Source: Alloascoidea hylecoeti
Lineage: Eukaryota
Reading direction: 5' to 3'
Length of the DNA stretch: 64,000 bases
Assembly: GCA_001600815.1 (NCBI GenBank)
Contig: BCKZ01000028.1
Location: 124,001 to 188,000 of the forward strand
Shown: positions 14,149 to 24,409 of the stretch, piece after piece
How positions within the stretch are numbered: the first letter of the stretch is position 1
Layout: each line of letters begins with the position of its first letter
Notes under the pieces: model-generated
The model's database searches: none
The model's input: the letters and a program-made list of their open reading frames with translations, nothing else
Told to the model about the DNA's origin: nothing
Position numbers and translations under genes: made by a program

Positions 14149-14925
14149 AATTCGGGATGGGATGCGTGACGTTATGCTTTGATATAGATTAGTTGTAGTT
14201 GGTTATGTTTTTGGCATTTGATTTAATCTTTTTTTCACTAAATATATATAGGATAAATTTAAAGATGTTAAATTCTATTTAAAAAAAGTGTCGTGTAGCT
14301 TAATATTCGATTGGGCTTTGCAACAACTGGAATTCATCCCATGTAGAAGATATTGTCATAGGTTCAATTAGCACTATCCCGGATGTTAACTCTAATATCT
14401 TTCGGATTGCTGGTTTTTTCGCAATAATTTTAGAGATTTTTAGGGTGGCAAAACGAAAAGAAAAACAAAAAAGAGAAAAGTTCCAAAATGTCCACTAGCT
14501 TCTGTTTTGGGACTATGCATTGTATAAACCTTATTGTTTGATCATATATAATATCGTTTTTTCTATACAAAAGGACCTTATGATCATGAGAGAATATATA
14601 TCAAGTTTTTGGTCTTCAAGTAAAATCTTTAGAACAGTCACTATTGCTGAGAATCAGAAAACTCTTTATATTAGTTATTCGAGAGAGTTCTTCATTTTTG
14701 ATAGAGATATCATTTCCATCTTACGACGGTTTATATTTTAATAAGCTACACGAGACTTTAATTACTCTCTGCAGTACATTATAATGCCTGGCCGATTGAT
14801 TAGTATTAGTTGTTTCTTTTTTGAAATACAGATATTTTCAGAAATGAGTAAATCTCATGGCATGGAACCACAAGCAAATGTGAGATTCCTATTGATCACA
14901 ATGTATATATTAGGGAAGATTTTGA

Positions 14926-15004
14926 ATTTTCGTCTTTCATCTCCTTAAGCTTATCTCCTTAAGCTTGTAAAGGAGATAAGCTTAAGGAGATGAAAGACGA
15001 AAAT
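14926..15004. repeat. Perfect 35-bp inverted repeat with 9-nt loop
   Basis: attttcgtctttcatctccttaagcttatctcctt (14926-14960), loop aagcttgta, exact reverse complement at 14970-15004. Confidence 0.97.
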
Positions 15005-15747
15005 GGTAGCGGCGCTGCCATAATAAAGTCGATTGGCTTTTTGGCGTGACTGGTACAAACAGGCACTTTTATTATTGAAAGTAAGACAGATATCGAAAAA
15101 GATGAACTGTTTAAGTCGAGTTCTGACTTCATCAATTTAACTATCTGTCTTGCTTTTTAAATCTTCTCTAATCTTATCAGGAACACCTTGAAATCCACTC
15201 AATAAGACACTTTTTCTTGTGGTTTAAATGTCATACGTCTGTCATCAGATGACAGATGGAGCAATACATGGCCTGAAAGCGAAGAAAATTTGCAATGAGG
15301 TAGTAATATCTACATATTTTAAGATATTCTAGTATAATATATAATATATTGAGACTTATTTAATTAGAGGTTGACTATATATATTCCACAATTTGATTTG
15401 TTTACTCAAGACCACAATTACATAGACTCTAAATTTAACTTGAATTATAGCAAAACCTTTTGCGAATCGCTGTTAGTTAAAGCGCGAATGTATCATATTC
15501 AACTTACTGTTTTTGTTTTGTTCGTAACCACTAAGATTTCACTGATGTATTTACATTCAATACTTTTGAATACATCTAATTATAGGTATGAGCTTAATTT
15601 CAAGTTCCTTGATAAATAATTATATGTGTATATACTTTTTTCTTTTTATTAATTTCCAACTCCAAAATTTAATTGCTAAATCAAAATTTTAAATGTGAGC
15701 ACACACTAAAAACATTTATTTAATTGTGTATCATTATATATATATTT

Positions 15748-17136
15748 TCATGAGAATCCAGCTGGACATAAAGCTTCATCAGCATCTTTCCCCATTGCAG
15801 GATTTAACCAACCAGTCATTTCATCATGATTTGATTTAACCCAATGTGCAAATGGATATGTATTTAATGTCCTTACAGGTGTTTCTGGTGTTATAATATT
15901 TTTATCATATTGTCGTTGAATTAATTTATCGAGATATGGATTTAAATGATCAACAAAACAATCAAAATTTTTATATTTTCGAATTAATTCAGGTCCTTCA
16001 TTTATAACTTTTTTAATTAATGATGGTACTAATGGTTCATCTTTCATTTCTTCTAATGAATAAAAAACAGGATGATTTGTAAATATAATCGCTTGTGTCT
16101 TTGGTAATCTTCTTAATGTTTGTCTTTCAACTCTAACATTAAAATCTTTATATTCAACATTTGGATCAACTTTCTCACCAGGCTTTAATGAATAAACATT
16201 ATTACATAATAATAATTTATCCCATGAAATATACCACGATGCTCTTTCAACTATATCTTGAGCTTTCATCCTAGCAAACCATCTTTCCATTGATTTCTTT
16301 AATTTTTCTTGATAATATGGTACTTCAGCATGAATTATATCTAAATGTTTCCCTAATTTGTGTTTAATACCAAAAGAACCACCTGGGAATGGAACTTCAG
16401 CGGCAACAAGATAATGTCTACCATCATCTTTCTTTAAAACAACATAAAAATCTTCTTTTGCTAATTTTGAAACATAAATTAATGGATGATCTTTTAATGG
16501 TCTTGATAAATCTAATTTTTCATCAGTGATTAAATTATGAATTCCATTTTCAGTTTTCTTAAATAATAAGGGATATCTTTTTAATAAATGATTAACAACA
16601 GTATCCATTAATTCTTCACTTGCTTCATAACCTTCAGGTAACCATCCAATATTTTCATCACCAAATTCATGATAAATTCTTGCCTTTTCTTTAATATAGT
16701 GAATATACCATTTATCCATATCAAGCCAGTGATTAACGTCTAATTTGAATGTACTCATTGTTTGATGATAAGGCCATCTGAATGGTCTCCATGGCCTATC
16801 TTCATAAGTTTCAACCATATCGGGAGTAATATTAAGTGGGGAAGGATCAGGTACAACTTCATCAACAGAGTTTTTACTGTACACAGATTTAGGTGTATCT
16901 TTCTTATCTTTGGATAAAAAGGGGATAAAACTAGCCAGCGAGGATCTTCGTGAGGAAGGAGGTGTCTTTGTAAATCTTTGTTTCTCAACAGTACTACCAG
17001 AAATTGGTTTTTCTGAATCTCTTCCTTTGAATACTCTTTGGAAATCTTCATTTATTTGTTTTCTATTAAGTAGGCAGACAGATACTAAGCAAGTAACGCC
17101 TATAGCGTATAATGCCAGATTTGATTGGGTATCCAT
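15748..17136 (-). CDS. DUF3445/HRQ-family protein (heme-dependent oxidative N-demethylase alpha-subunit-like) with N-terminal hydrophobic segment
   Basis: Motifs RPWRPFRWPYHQTM, WLDMD, EDF, KLGKHLDIIHAEVP and RVERQTLRRLPKTQAIIFT. First ATG is at 17136 (MDTQSNL); the TTG extension to 17205 is unlikely to be used. Confidence 0.85.
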   Translation of the reverse strand: MDTQSNLALYAIGVTCLVSVCLLNRKQINEDFQRVFKGRDSEKPISGSTVEKQRFTKTPPSSRRSSLASFIPFLSKDKKDTPKSVYSKNSVDEVVPDPSPLNITPDMVETYEDRPWRPFRWPYHQTMSTFKLDVNHWLDMDKWYIHYIKEKARIYHEFGDENIGWLPEGYEASEELMDTVVNHLLKRYPLLFKKTENGIHNLITDEKLDLSRPLKDHPLIYVSKLAKEDFYVVLKKDDGRHYLVAAEVPFPGGSFGIKHKLGKHLDIIHAEVPYYQEKLKKSMERWFARMKAQDIVERASWYISWDKLLLCNNVYSLKPGEKVDPNVEYKDFNVRVERQTLRRLPKTQAIIFTNHPVFYSLEEMKDEPLVPSLIKKVINEGPELIRKYKNFDCFVDHLNPYLDKLIQRQYDKNIITPETPVRTLNTYPFAHWVKSNHDEMTGWLNPAMGKDADEALCPAGFS

Positions 17137-18229
17137 TTTAATCGAATAGGAAGATGTGGAAAGTAAAAAGAAATAGAAAAGAGGATCATGTTTGTTTAAA
17201 TACAATTAATCATTAGTTATCAGCTACAACGATATACTATTCCCTATTTAGGAATTGTTGTTAACTATACCTTTGTTTAGTAATCGAGTATACGGTGGAT
17301 TAGATCAGCATTTAAAGTTTTCCATAAGCAGCCGCTTCTCCGCTCCGATAAGGAAAAAAATGATCAGAGAAAGTCTCGCATATGCATAATTATACCTCCT
17401 TCATTGCTTGGAAAATTAAAAGTGTTTCTCCATTGAAATTATTTTGATCTATATTTCACACCACTTTCAACATTCCATAAATCATTAGTTGTGATAGATT
17501 ATTCTTTAGATAGATCGTGAAAATAACAATAATGAATAATATCAGTAAGTGTTTTTCTTTTCCTTATCAGGTCAATACACCCATGCTTCTTTTTACCTTA
17601 TACGTCAATCTATTAATCTTGCATTAAATTGATTGATCATGCGTACTTCATAAAAAAATAAACCGTTGTACTCGTTATTACGCGTATACACACAGCACCG
17701 TGCTCCATATTACTCTCTCTCTCTCTTAAAGTTTAGATTGACATGAGTCTATACAGTCATAATGTTAACGAAAATAGTAGTGGTTATAAGTTTTGGAGAA
17801 GGGTGTGAAAAAACCGAAAGAACTTGGATTGCGTAAAAAGAATAGGAGTATGCATACTCTTATATTTGGACTTGTTGTGAAAATAAGAGAGACTGCACCA
17901 AAAAGTAAATAACAGAATCTCCTAGGCCTATTAATGGGTTAAGGTTTTGATGAGATACTACCAAATAAATTTATTGAGGCTTACGGGATTATAGCGTGTA
18001 AAAACTATATAAATTCAGGTTCATTTTATTGATTTGGAGTTCAGAATTATAAGTTGTACTATTATCTAATGGTATATCTTGTAAGATAAAATAGGATTTT
18101 TGTAAAAATTGGGTGAGTAGGAGTATATTTTTGACTTTCCGGAAGGAACAAGATAATATATTAAGATGTTAAAAAGATATATGATATCGATTAGTAGTAA
18201 CAAAAAATCTCTACCTATTGAAGCACTAC

Positions 18230-19920
18230 CAGATAATACTCCAATAATTATTGGGGATCCATTGATTGCAGCTTATGAACTAATATTGATCAGCTACCAA
18301 AGGAGATCCAATATTATTATAAATTATTCTTGAATTATGAGGAATTAAAAAATGGAAGAACCGTCATCAACTGAATATGATGCATGGTTTAAATTAATAG
18401 ACACAAACTAAAAGTGAGTCTAGAAAAATCTGTTTTTTCAAAGACAGAATTAGAATTATTAGGATGGAAGATAAAGGCTGATGGTATCGCTCTATCAGAA
18501 CATCATATTAAGGGAATAAAGGGGTCGAAACCTCNCACCACAATGAAACAGGTTCAACAGATATTAGGAAAATTGGATTATTATAGACAATTCATGCCTA
18601 TGATTAGTTTGCATCAAGTNGAACTTCAAAAATTAGTTAATGTGAGTCAGTTGCCAAATAGTAAGGTTCTTTTAAATCCTTTAGCATTACAGNAGTTTAA
18701 ATCTATGAAAAAGATACTCTCTGATCCGAAAGTAACATTAGGTCATTTGGATGAAACAAAAACATTATATCTTAGGGGTTGATGCAAGCTTAAGTCAAAA
18801 AGCTATTGGTGGATATCTTTATCAAGGTACAGAAAATAATGAGATTCCTTTAAGANATTTTTCTAAGAAATTAACGGAAAGCGAACAAAGAAGAAAGGTC
18901 TATGAACTGGAACTTCTCGGTCTCCAAGCAGGTANAGGCCATTTTGAGGAAATTTTATCCGGCAGAATCAATTTCAGTATCGATCGTCGTGCTTTATTAG
19001 CACTCCAACCATCAAAATCATTTGTGAAGGGCATCCGCCTAAATCGGGCATTAGAATATTTATCNAANTTTGATTTCAATATAAATTATGTGAAAGGGTC
19101 TTTAAATACAATTAGTGATATTTTTTTTCTCGTTATAAACTTGTTGAAGATGAATAAGATATTCAGGAGATACTGAAATTCAATTCAGATACTACGGATA
19201 TCGCTAGATCAGAACAGTATTAGTTTTTCACAGATTAGAGTTTGGAAATTGCTCTATGATACAACAAGATGTTCAACTTCAATNTTACGTTATTTTGATG
19301 AATTATTAACACGGCTCACATTAAACTTNGTAAGCAATTTAATTGTTTGATTTACCTTGGAGTTCTCATCGACCGTTTTTCACATTATCCCAAAACATTA
19401 TCATGCCTCACCGCCAGCTACAATTGTTCTTCTATCACCAACCAAGAGAAGGAATTGGAACTATGAAAGCAAATGTTGGAACAACCGGACTTACATCAGG
19501 CTTAACAGCATGTTACAATTGTGCTAAGTCGTTCATNATTAATTGTCACTGATTGNCCCTTCATACACACCTTTAACATACANATTTTGGATCATTAAGA
19601 TTTAAATGAGAGTTTTGTTCTTACAATTTTGATATCTATGNAAATGATTGAAATTATTTGGGAAATAATGCTAATCTTTATNGANATTTCTAACTTTTGT
19701 TTTTATTTTGCTAATCTGTTTTCATGAAATGCCTACACTCATATCTTAGGAGAAATTGTTTTTAATGATCTTACCAATGAGTGTGGTACATGATTAAACA
19801 AGCAAACATCAGATATGAATCATTGATAGTTAATATTTTATAGATTTCTCAAACCGTTATTCAATTTTTAGAAGGGGGATGTTATACAGAATATATTACA
19901 TACATACTAGCTAGCTCTCA
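18230..19920 (+). mobile_element. Degenerate, internally deleted Ty3/gypsy retrotransposon (RT C-terminus, RNase H, probable integrase remnant, PPT and 3' LTR start)
   Basis: KLKVSLEKSVF..ELLG, KQVQQILGKLDYYRQF, GVDAS..AIGGYLYQ, FSKKLTESEQRRKVYELELLG and FDFNINYVKGSLNTISD, with a frameshift near 18770-18780 and scattered Ns. Boundaries are approximate. Confidence 0.9.
19870..19920 (+). mobile_element. Polypurine tract followed by TG start of a probably truncated 3' LTR
   Basis: AGAAGGGGGA (19870-19879) directly followed by TGTTATAC at the 3' end of the pol relic. No matching 5' LTR is seen in the window. Confidence 0.6.
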
Positions 19921-19929
19921 ATGGTTATA

Positions 19930-21290
19930 TCAACTATATGAGAAGTAGCATTCACTCTTTTCTGATACCAAGATTAATTTTGACTATAAATTGTAGATAT
20001 ACAAACTATATTCGAAGTTCTATCATATATAACAGATACTCATTAATGGTCTTAATAGAATCATCAGAAGGATTGATAGCTACACCATCATCAGTAGCAA
20101 TTAAGATATGACCTAACCAAGTTACGGATTTTTTAAGAAAGTTACATTTATCAGTTACATTTATCAAGATTTAAATGCAATTGAAATTTCTGGAGCAGAT
20201 TAATCACAAGGCACAGATGGGTGATGTGTTCCTCCTCAGAGCTACTGAAAATTAAAATGTCGTCTATACATACTCGGCAAAAGGGATATTCGTGAAGATC
20301 ACCATTGAGACATTGGGTAAATATACTTGGCGAATTAACCAAACCAAAAGGTAAAACTCGATTACAGCAAAATCCGAATGGACACTTAAATGTGGTGTGT
20401 TCTGTCTCTTCATTTAAGCGGAGGTGATGATAGGCATTAGTAAGGTTCGGTCCAAAGTTGAGAAGATAACCGGGTCATTAAAACCGACGACTATTTCTCT
20501 AAATGATTGTATTTCAGTAAGGAGTGTCAGACTGATACTAATGCTAACGAGAGGTCTGAAATAAATTACCAAACGGAATTTGTCTTGGAAGTGTGGTTTT
20601 GGGACTATAAAAGCGACACAATAAGAAGTTGGAGGAACGTTTTTGATGATTTCTAATTGTAAGAGCTTTGAGATTTCTGTTTCCAGAAATTCATTGTACT
20701 TTATTCAATTTGATTAACGGACGATGTTTTAATGTTTCAAAGTTGTCGGTTAACTGGAATTTGTAATCATATTCAGAATGGGGTGGTAATGAAACTCGTC
20801 CCGGTTTAAAGGACCACAGCAGTTTATTCAGTTTGACAATTGATTTACTGGACTCAATAGGTACGGATAAATTATTTTCTTTAGACAAATCCCAGCCAAA
20901 AAGATCCTGTTGTTTCCTTGTTGAATCAATTAAAAATTTGTGCTGGTGGCCAAGACCTTGATCGTCGTAGATGAGGTCTATGGTGATATTATTCTTTTCA
21001 AAAGTTCTCTTTACACACTGAGTATCGACTGTAATCATGCTTGTATTTTCAATATTGAAAATGCAATTGTGTTGAAAATAACTTTGGAAATTAGAGAAAT
21101 CTCAGAACCTGTATCACAAAGAGCTGTGATTTTTCTGTGTTATCTGGTAGAAGTAATCTGGAAGTAGGCAGAGCTTTGACTGATGTATCTGTCTTATAAT
21201 AATGAACCTGCACTTCCTCATCATTGTTTTCCTTGCCTCTATTTTTGCTATTGTCAAATCACAGTTTTCTATAATATTTCTTTCTGAGGT
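19930..21290 (-). mobile_element. Second, distinct degenerate Ty3/gypsy pol relic (protease and RT)
   Basis: Minus-strand ITALCDTGSEISLIS (protease, ~21090-21130), LPPHSEYDYKFQL, KFRLV, LTNAYHHLRL, VLPFGLVNSPSIF, CIDDILIFS (YxDD mutated) and KCNFLKKSVTWLGH, with several stops and frameshifts. Confidence 0.92.
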
Positions 21291-21711
21291 ACATTTCGTA
21301 TGTTTGTTATCCATCCTTTTATTATCCAGAAAGTGGAAAAGTCGATTGAAGCAATGTCCATATGGATCCAAAAGGCCAAAAACCAGAACAAAACATAAAG
21401 GATAAGATTTTAATTCAGTAGAGAATAAAACATGTAGATTAGATTTTGTTTTCCTTTTATTCTGTTTCTTAACTAGCTAATTAATTATATATCTATTTAA
21501 TGCGTAATAAGTTCTAGTGTATATATATATAATTCATATTTAAAGATATAGGCCCTTAATGGCCACTTGAAAGAAATAAAAAAATACAAAAAGGAGAAGT
21601 GTATAAAATTTTAGGGAAAACTAGAGGAATATATAGTATATATGAGAACAGACGTATATTATATCACACATCTCACTCTAACAAAAATCTTATCACTCTT
21701 TTCTTTTGCTA

Positions 21712-22010
21712 ATGTCTGACTTAATAACAGATAAATTAAATAACTATAAGAAAGTTGTTTTGGAACATCGTTCTAACAGTCATGACTTGCTCTTTGAAAG
21801 TGAGGATCTTCTAGCTGGTTTTGGAGATTTTAATGATCCACAATTTTTGAAGGTCCTACGCAAACAGAATATTACCATTTCTCGTTGGTTTGACAACGAA
21901 GGTGATCCTGAACTATCGGCTTTATTTTTGCTGAATATTCCTACNACCGGTCTTTTTGCTGCTCAAGACCCAAGCACAAACACAGGCCCAAGCATAACCA
22001 CAACCACAGG
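21712..22010 (+). CDS. Partial second copy or allele of the nuclease-kinase gene (first ~100 codons), cut off by the assembly gap
   Basis: Same translation as the start of the 22523 ORF (MSDLITDK...SITTTT). Confidence 0.6.
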
Positions 22011-22110
22011 NNNNNNNNNNNNNNNNNNNNNNNNNNNNNNNNNNNNNNNNNNNNNNNNNNNNNNNNNNNNNNNNNNNNNNNNNNNNNNNNNNNNNNNNNN
22101 NNNNNNNNNN
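22011..22110. other. Assembly gap (100 N)
   Basis: Run of exactly 100 N, a typical placeholder for a gap of unknown size. Confidence 0.98.
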
Positions 22111-22522
22111 ATGTTTGTTATCCATCCTTTTATTATCCAGAAAGTGGAAAAGTCGATTGAAGCAATGTCCATATGGATCCAAAAGGCCGAAACCAAGAAC
22201 AAAACATAAAGGATAAGATTTTAATTCAGTAGAGAATAAAACATGTAGATTAGATTTTGTTTTCCTTTTATTCTGTTTCTTAACTAGCTAATTAATTATA
22301 TATCTATTTAATGCGTAATAAGTTCTAGTGTATATATATATAATTCATATTTAAAGATATAGGCCCTTAATGGCCACTTGAAAGAAATAAAAAAATACAA
22401 AAAGGAGAAGTGTATAAAATTTTAGGGAAAACTAGAGGAATATATAGTATATATGAGAACAGACGTATATTATATCACACATCTCACTCTAACAAAAATC
22501 TTATCACTCTTTTCTTTTGCTA

Positions 22523-24409
22523 ATGTCTGACTTAATAACAGATAAATTAAATAACTATAAGAAAGTTGTTTTGGAACATCGTTCTAACAGTCATGATTTG
22601 CTCTTTGAGAGTGAGGATCTTCTAGCTGGTTTTGGAGATTTTAATGATCCACAATTTTTGAAGGTCCTACGCAAACAGAATATTACCATTTCTCGTTGGT
22701 TTGACAACGAAGGTGATCCTGAACTATCNGCTTTATTTTTGCTGAATATTCCTACTACCGGTCTTTTTGCTGCTCAAGACCCAAGCACAAACACAGGCCC
22801 AAGCATAACCACAACCACAGGTACAGGTACAGGTACATATTCAAAAAAGAGTAGGAGGCCAACAGCGACGAGCAATACAGCATCCTCTATAATACATGCT
22901 ATCAAAATTAATCAAAATCTGAACAACTGTGGTCTTAACTTTAAAGAAGAGCTGGAATGGTTACAAAAAAAGTGTTCTAAAGCAGATACGGATAAGCTAA
23001 ATTCTTTTATCCAAACAATCTTAGGTACANCAATAACGCACGTTAGTCACATCANCGAANCTGCTGTTNNNNNNNTCCTGNANNNCAAAATATTTANTCC
23101 AGCCNAAAATATAATTAAGTTGTTATATGACGAAGACTTTGACTTACAAATTTTATCCGAAANCNGATNAACATCTAAAGAAAGTNGTATTTCAAATATG
23201 AATCNAGNTCCAGATTATATCGTGCAACTCGATTCCAATATCCTTATAACNATAGAACTAAAAAAACCAAATATTATCGTGGACATAGAAAATCCCTTTG
23301 ATGACAATTTCAACAATATTTTNACTCAATCTGTTCACCAGTGTCTTCTTTTTAAAACTCCTTTTGGATGCATTTCTGATTCTAATCACACCATTTTATA
23401 TCAAATAGATATTGATATATATAAAGATATTAACGTTGAAGATTTTCCAACAAGATTTGGTAATAAAAACCAAAGTTTTAAAACATTACCAATCAAATAT
23501 GTGATTTTGAATAATCAGCGTTTGCTTTTGCATTTTATTTTATTTATCAGAAAATCTATCAAATTCTTTGAAACACATTCAAAAACAAAGGTGAATAATG
23601 CCTTTAAAAATCTTTTAAATTGTTTACGGAAAACTCCAAGCGAGACTAATTTAGATGCAGAAATACCGAGATCTGAATTAAAACAATTACTACAAGATAA
23701 ACTCACCCAAAAGGAAGTTAAGTTTACTTATATGGATTTATGTTTAAACAAAGATATTTTAACAGAATCGGAGTTCAAGGGCATGTGTATTCAATATTCG
23801 CGGCACCGAAAATATCACACTCAAGTAATGAAATTGTCGAAGGAATTATTTGAAAAAATAAACAGAAGTCCAAATGTACAAACACCAATGGAAAACGAAA
23901 AAGAATATATTTTAAAAATCTACGATCCTTTTTGTGCTTTCAAGGGCAATCGACGTTCTGATTATATGCCTACAAAATGTTTTAAACATTTTTCAACTGA
24001 ATATCAGACATATTGTCTAATAAGAGATCATAAGAAGTCTATAAATTTTGTCCCAAACTTAATATGTTTTGGATTTATTGAATTCAAATCTGATTCTGGT
24101 GCACATGAAAATGATGGCGGTATTTTCATTTTGATGGACTATATCAAAGGCAAAACACCGGACTTCACAGATCCTAGTATCTTCCAAAAAGCAGAAACAA
24201 ATCTCGAGATTCTTCATTCCTGTAACATTATACACGGTGATATAAGAAAACAAAATTTTATAGAAAGTTCTGATGGAACTATTTACTTTATAGATTTCGG
24301 TTTCTCCAGCAATAGAGCACAACTTAAAAAGATTTCAAGTGAAGGAATAGAAGAACAACTGGAAACTGGAAAGAGACATGATATTGCAGACTTGTATGGT
24401 CTGAGATGA
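22523..24409 (+). CDS. PD-(D/E)xK nuclease-like plus minimal protein-kinase fusion protein, 628 aa (Crinkler/Spok-like architecture)
   Basis: Nuclease: PDYIVQLDSNILIxIELKKP...QSVHQC...FGCISDSNHTILY. Kinase: YILKIYD (beta3 Lys), STEYQTY (alphaC Glu), VPNLICFG, FILMDYIKG, LHSCNIIHGDIRKQNF and IDFGFS. First ATG at 22523. Confidence 0.8.
   Translation: MSDLITDKLNNYKKVVLEHRSNSHDLLFESEDLLAGFGDFNDPQFLKVLRKQNITISRWFDNEGDPELXALFLLNIPTTGLFAAQDPSTNTGPSITTTTGTGTGTYSKKSRRPTATSNTASSIIHAIKINQNLNNCGLNFKEELEWLQKKCSKADTDKLNSFIQTILGTXITHVSHIXEXAVXXXLXXKIFXPAXNIIKLLYDEDFDLQILSEXXXTSKESXISNMNXXPDYIVQLDSNILIXIELKKPNIIVDIENPFDDNFNNIXTQSVHQCLLFKTPFGCISDSNHTILYQIDIDIYKDINVEDFPTRFGNKNQSFKTLPIKYVILNNQRLLLHFILFIRKSIKFFETHSKTKVNNAFKNLLNCLRKTPSETNLDAEIPRSELKQLLQDKLTQKEVKFTYMDLCLNKDILTESEFKGMCIQYSRHRKYHTQVMKLSKELFEKINRSPNVQTPMENEKEYILKIYDPFCAFKGNRRSDYMPTKCFKHFSTEYQTYCLIRDHKKSINFVPNLICFGFIEFKSDSGAHENDGGIFILMDYIKGKTPDFTDPSIFQKAETNLEILHSCNIIHGDIRKQNFIESSDGTIYFIDFGFSSNRAQLKKISSEGIEEQLETGKRHDIADLYGLR

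Larger units (their letters stand above)
21300..22821 (+). repeat. Near-identical 711-bp direct duplication (21300-22010 and 22111-22821) flanking a 100-N scaffold gap
   Basis: Constant 811-nt offset. Copies differ at a few sites (ccaaaaaccagaac vs ccgaaaccaagaac; catgacttg..gaaagt vs catgatttg..gagagt). Copy 1 ends at the gap and copy 2 starts at it. Confidence 0.95.

Noticed and set aside
18760..18790. Programmed frameshift between the two gypsy ORFs
   Set aside because: It falls inside the RT-RNase H region of a decayed element rather than at the gag-pol junction, so a simple indel is more likely.
21963..22209. ORFs reading through the N run (21706..22209, 21922..22182, 21963..22202)
   Set aside because: Continuity is an artefact of the 100-N gap.
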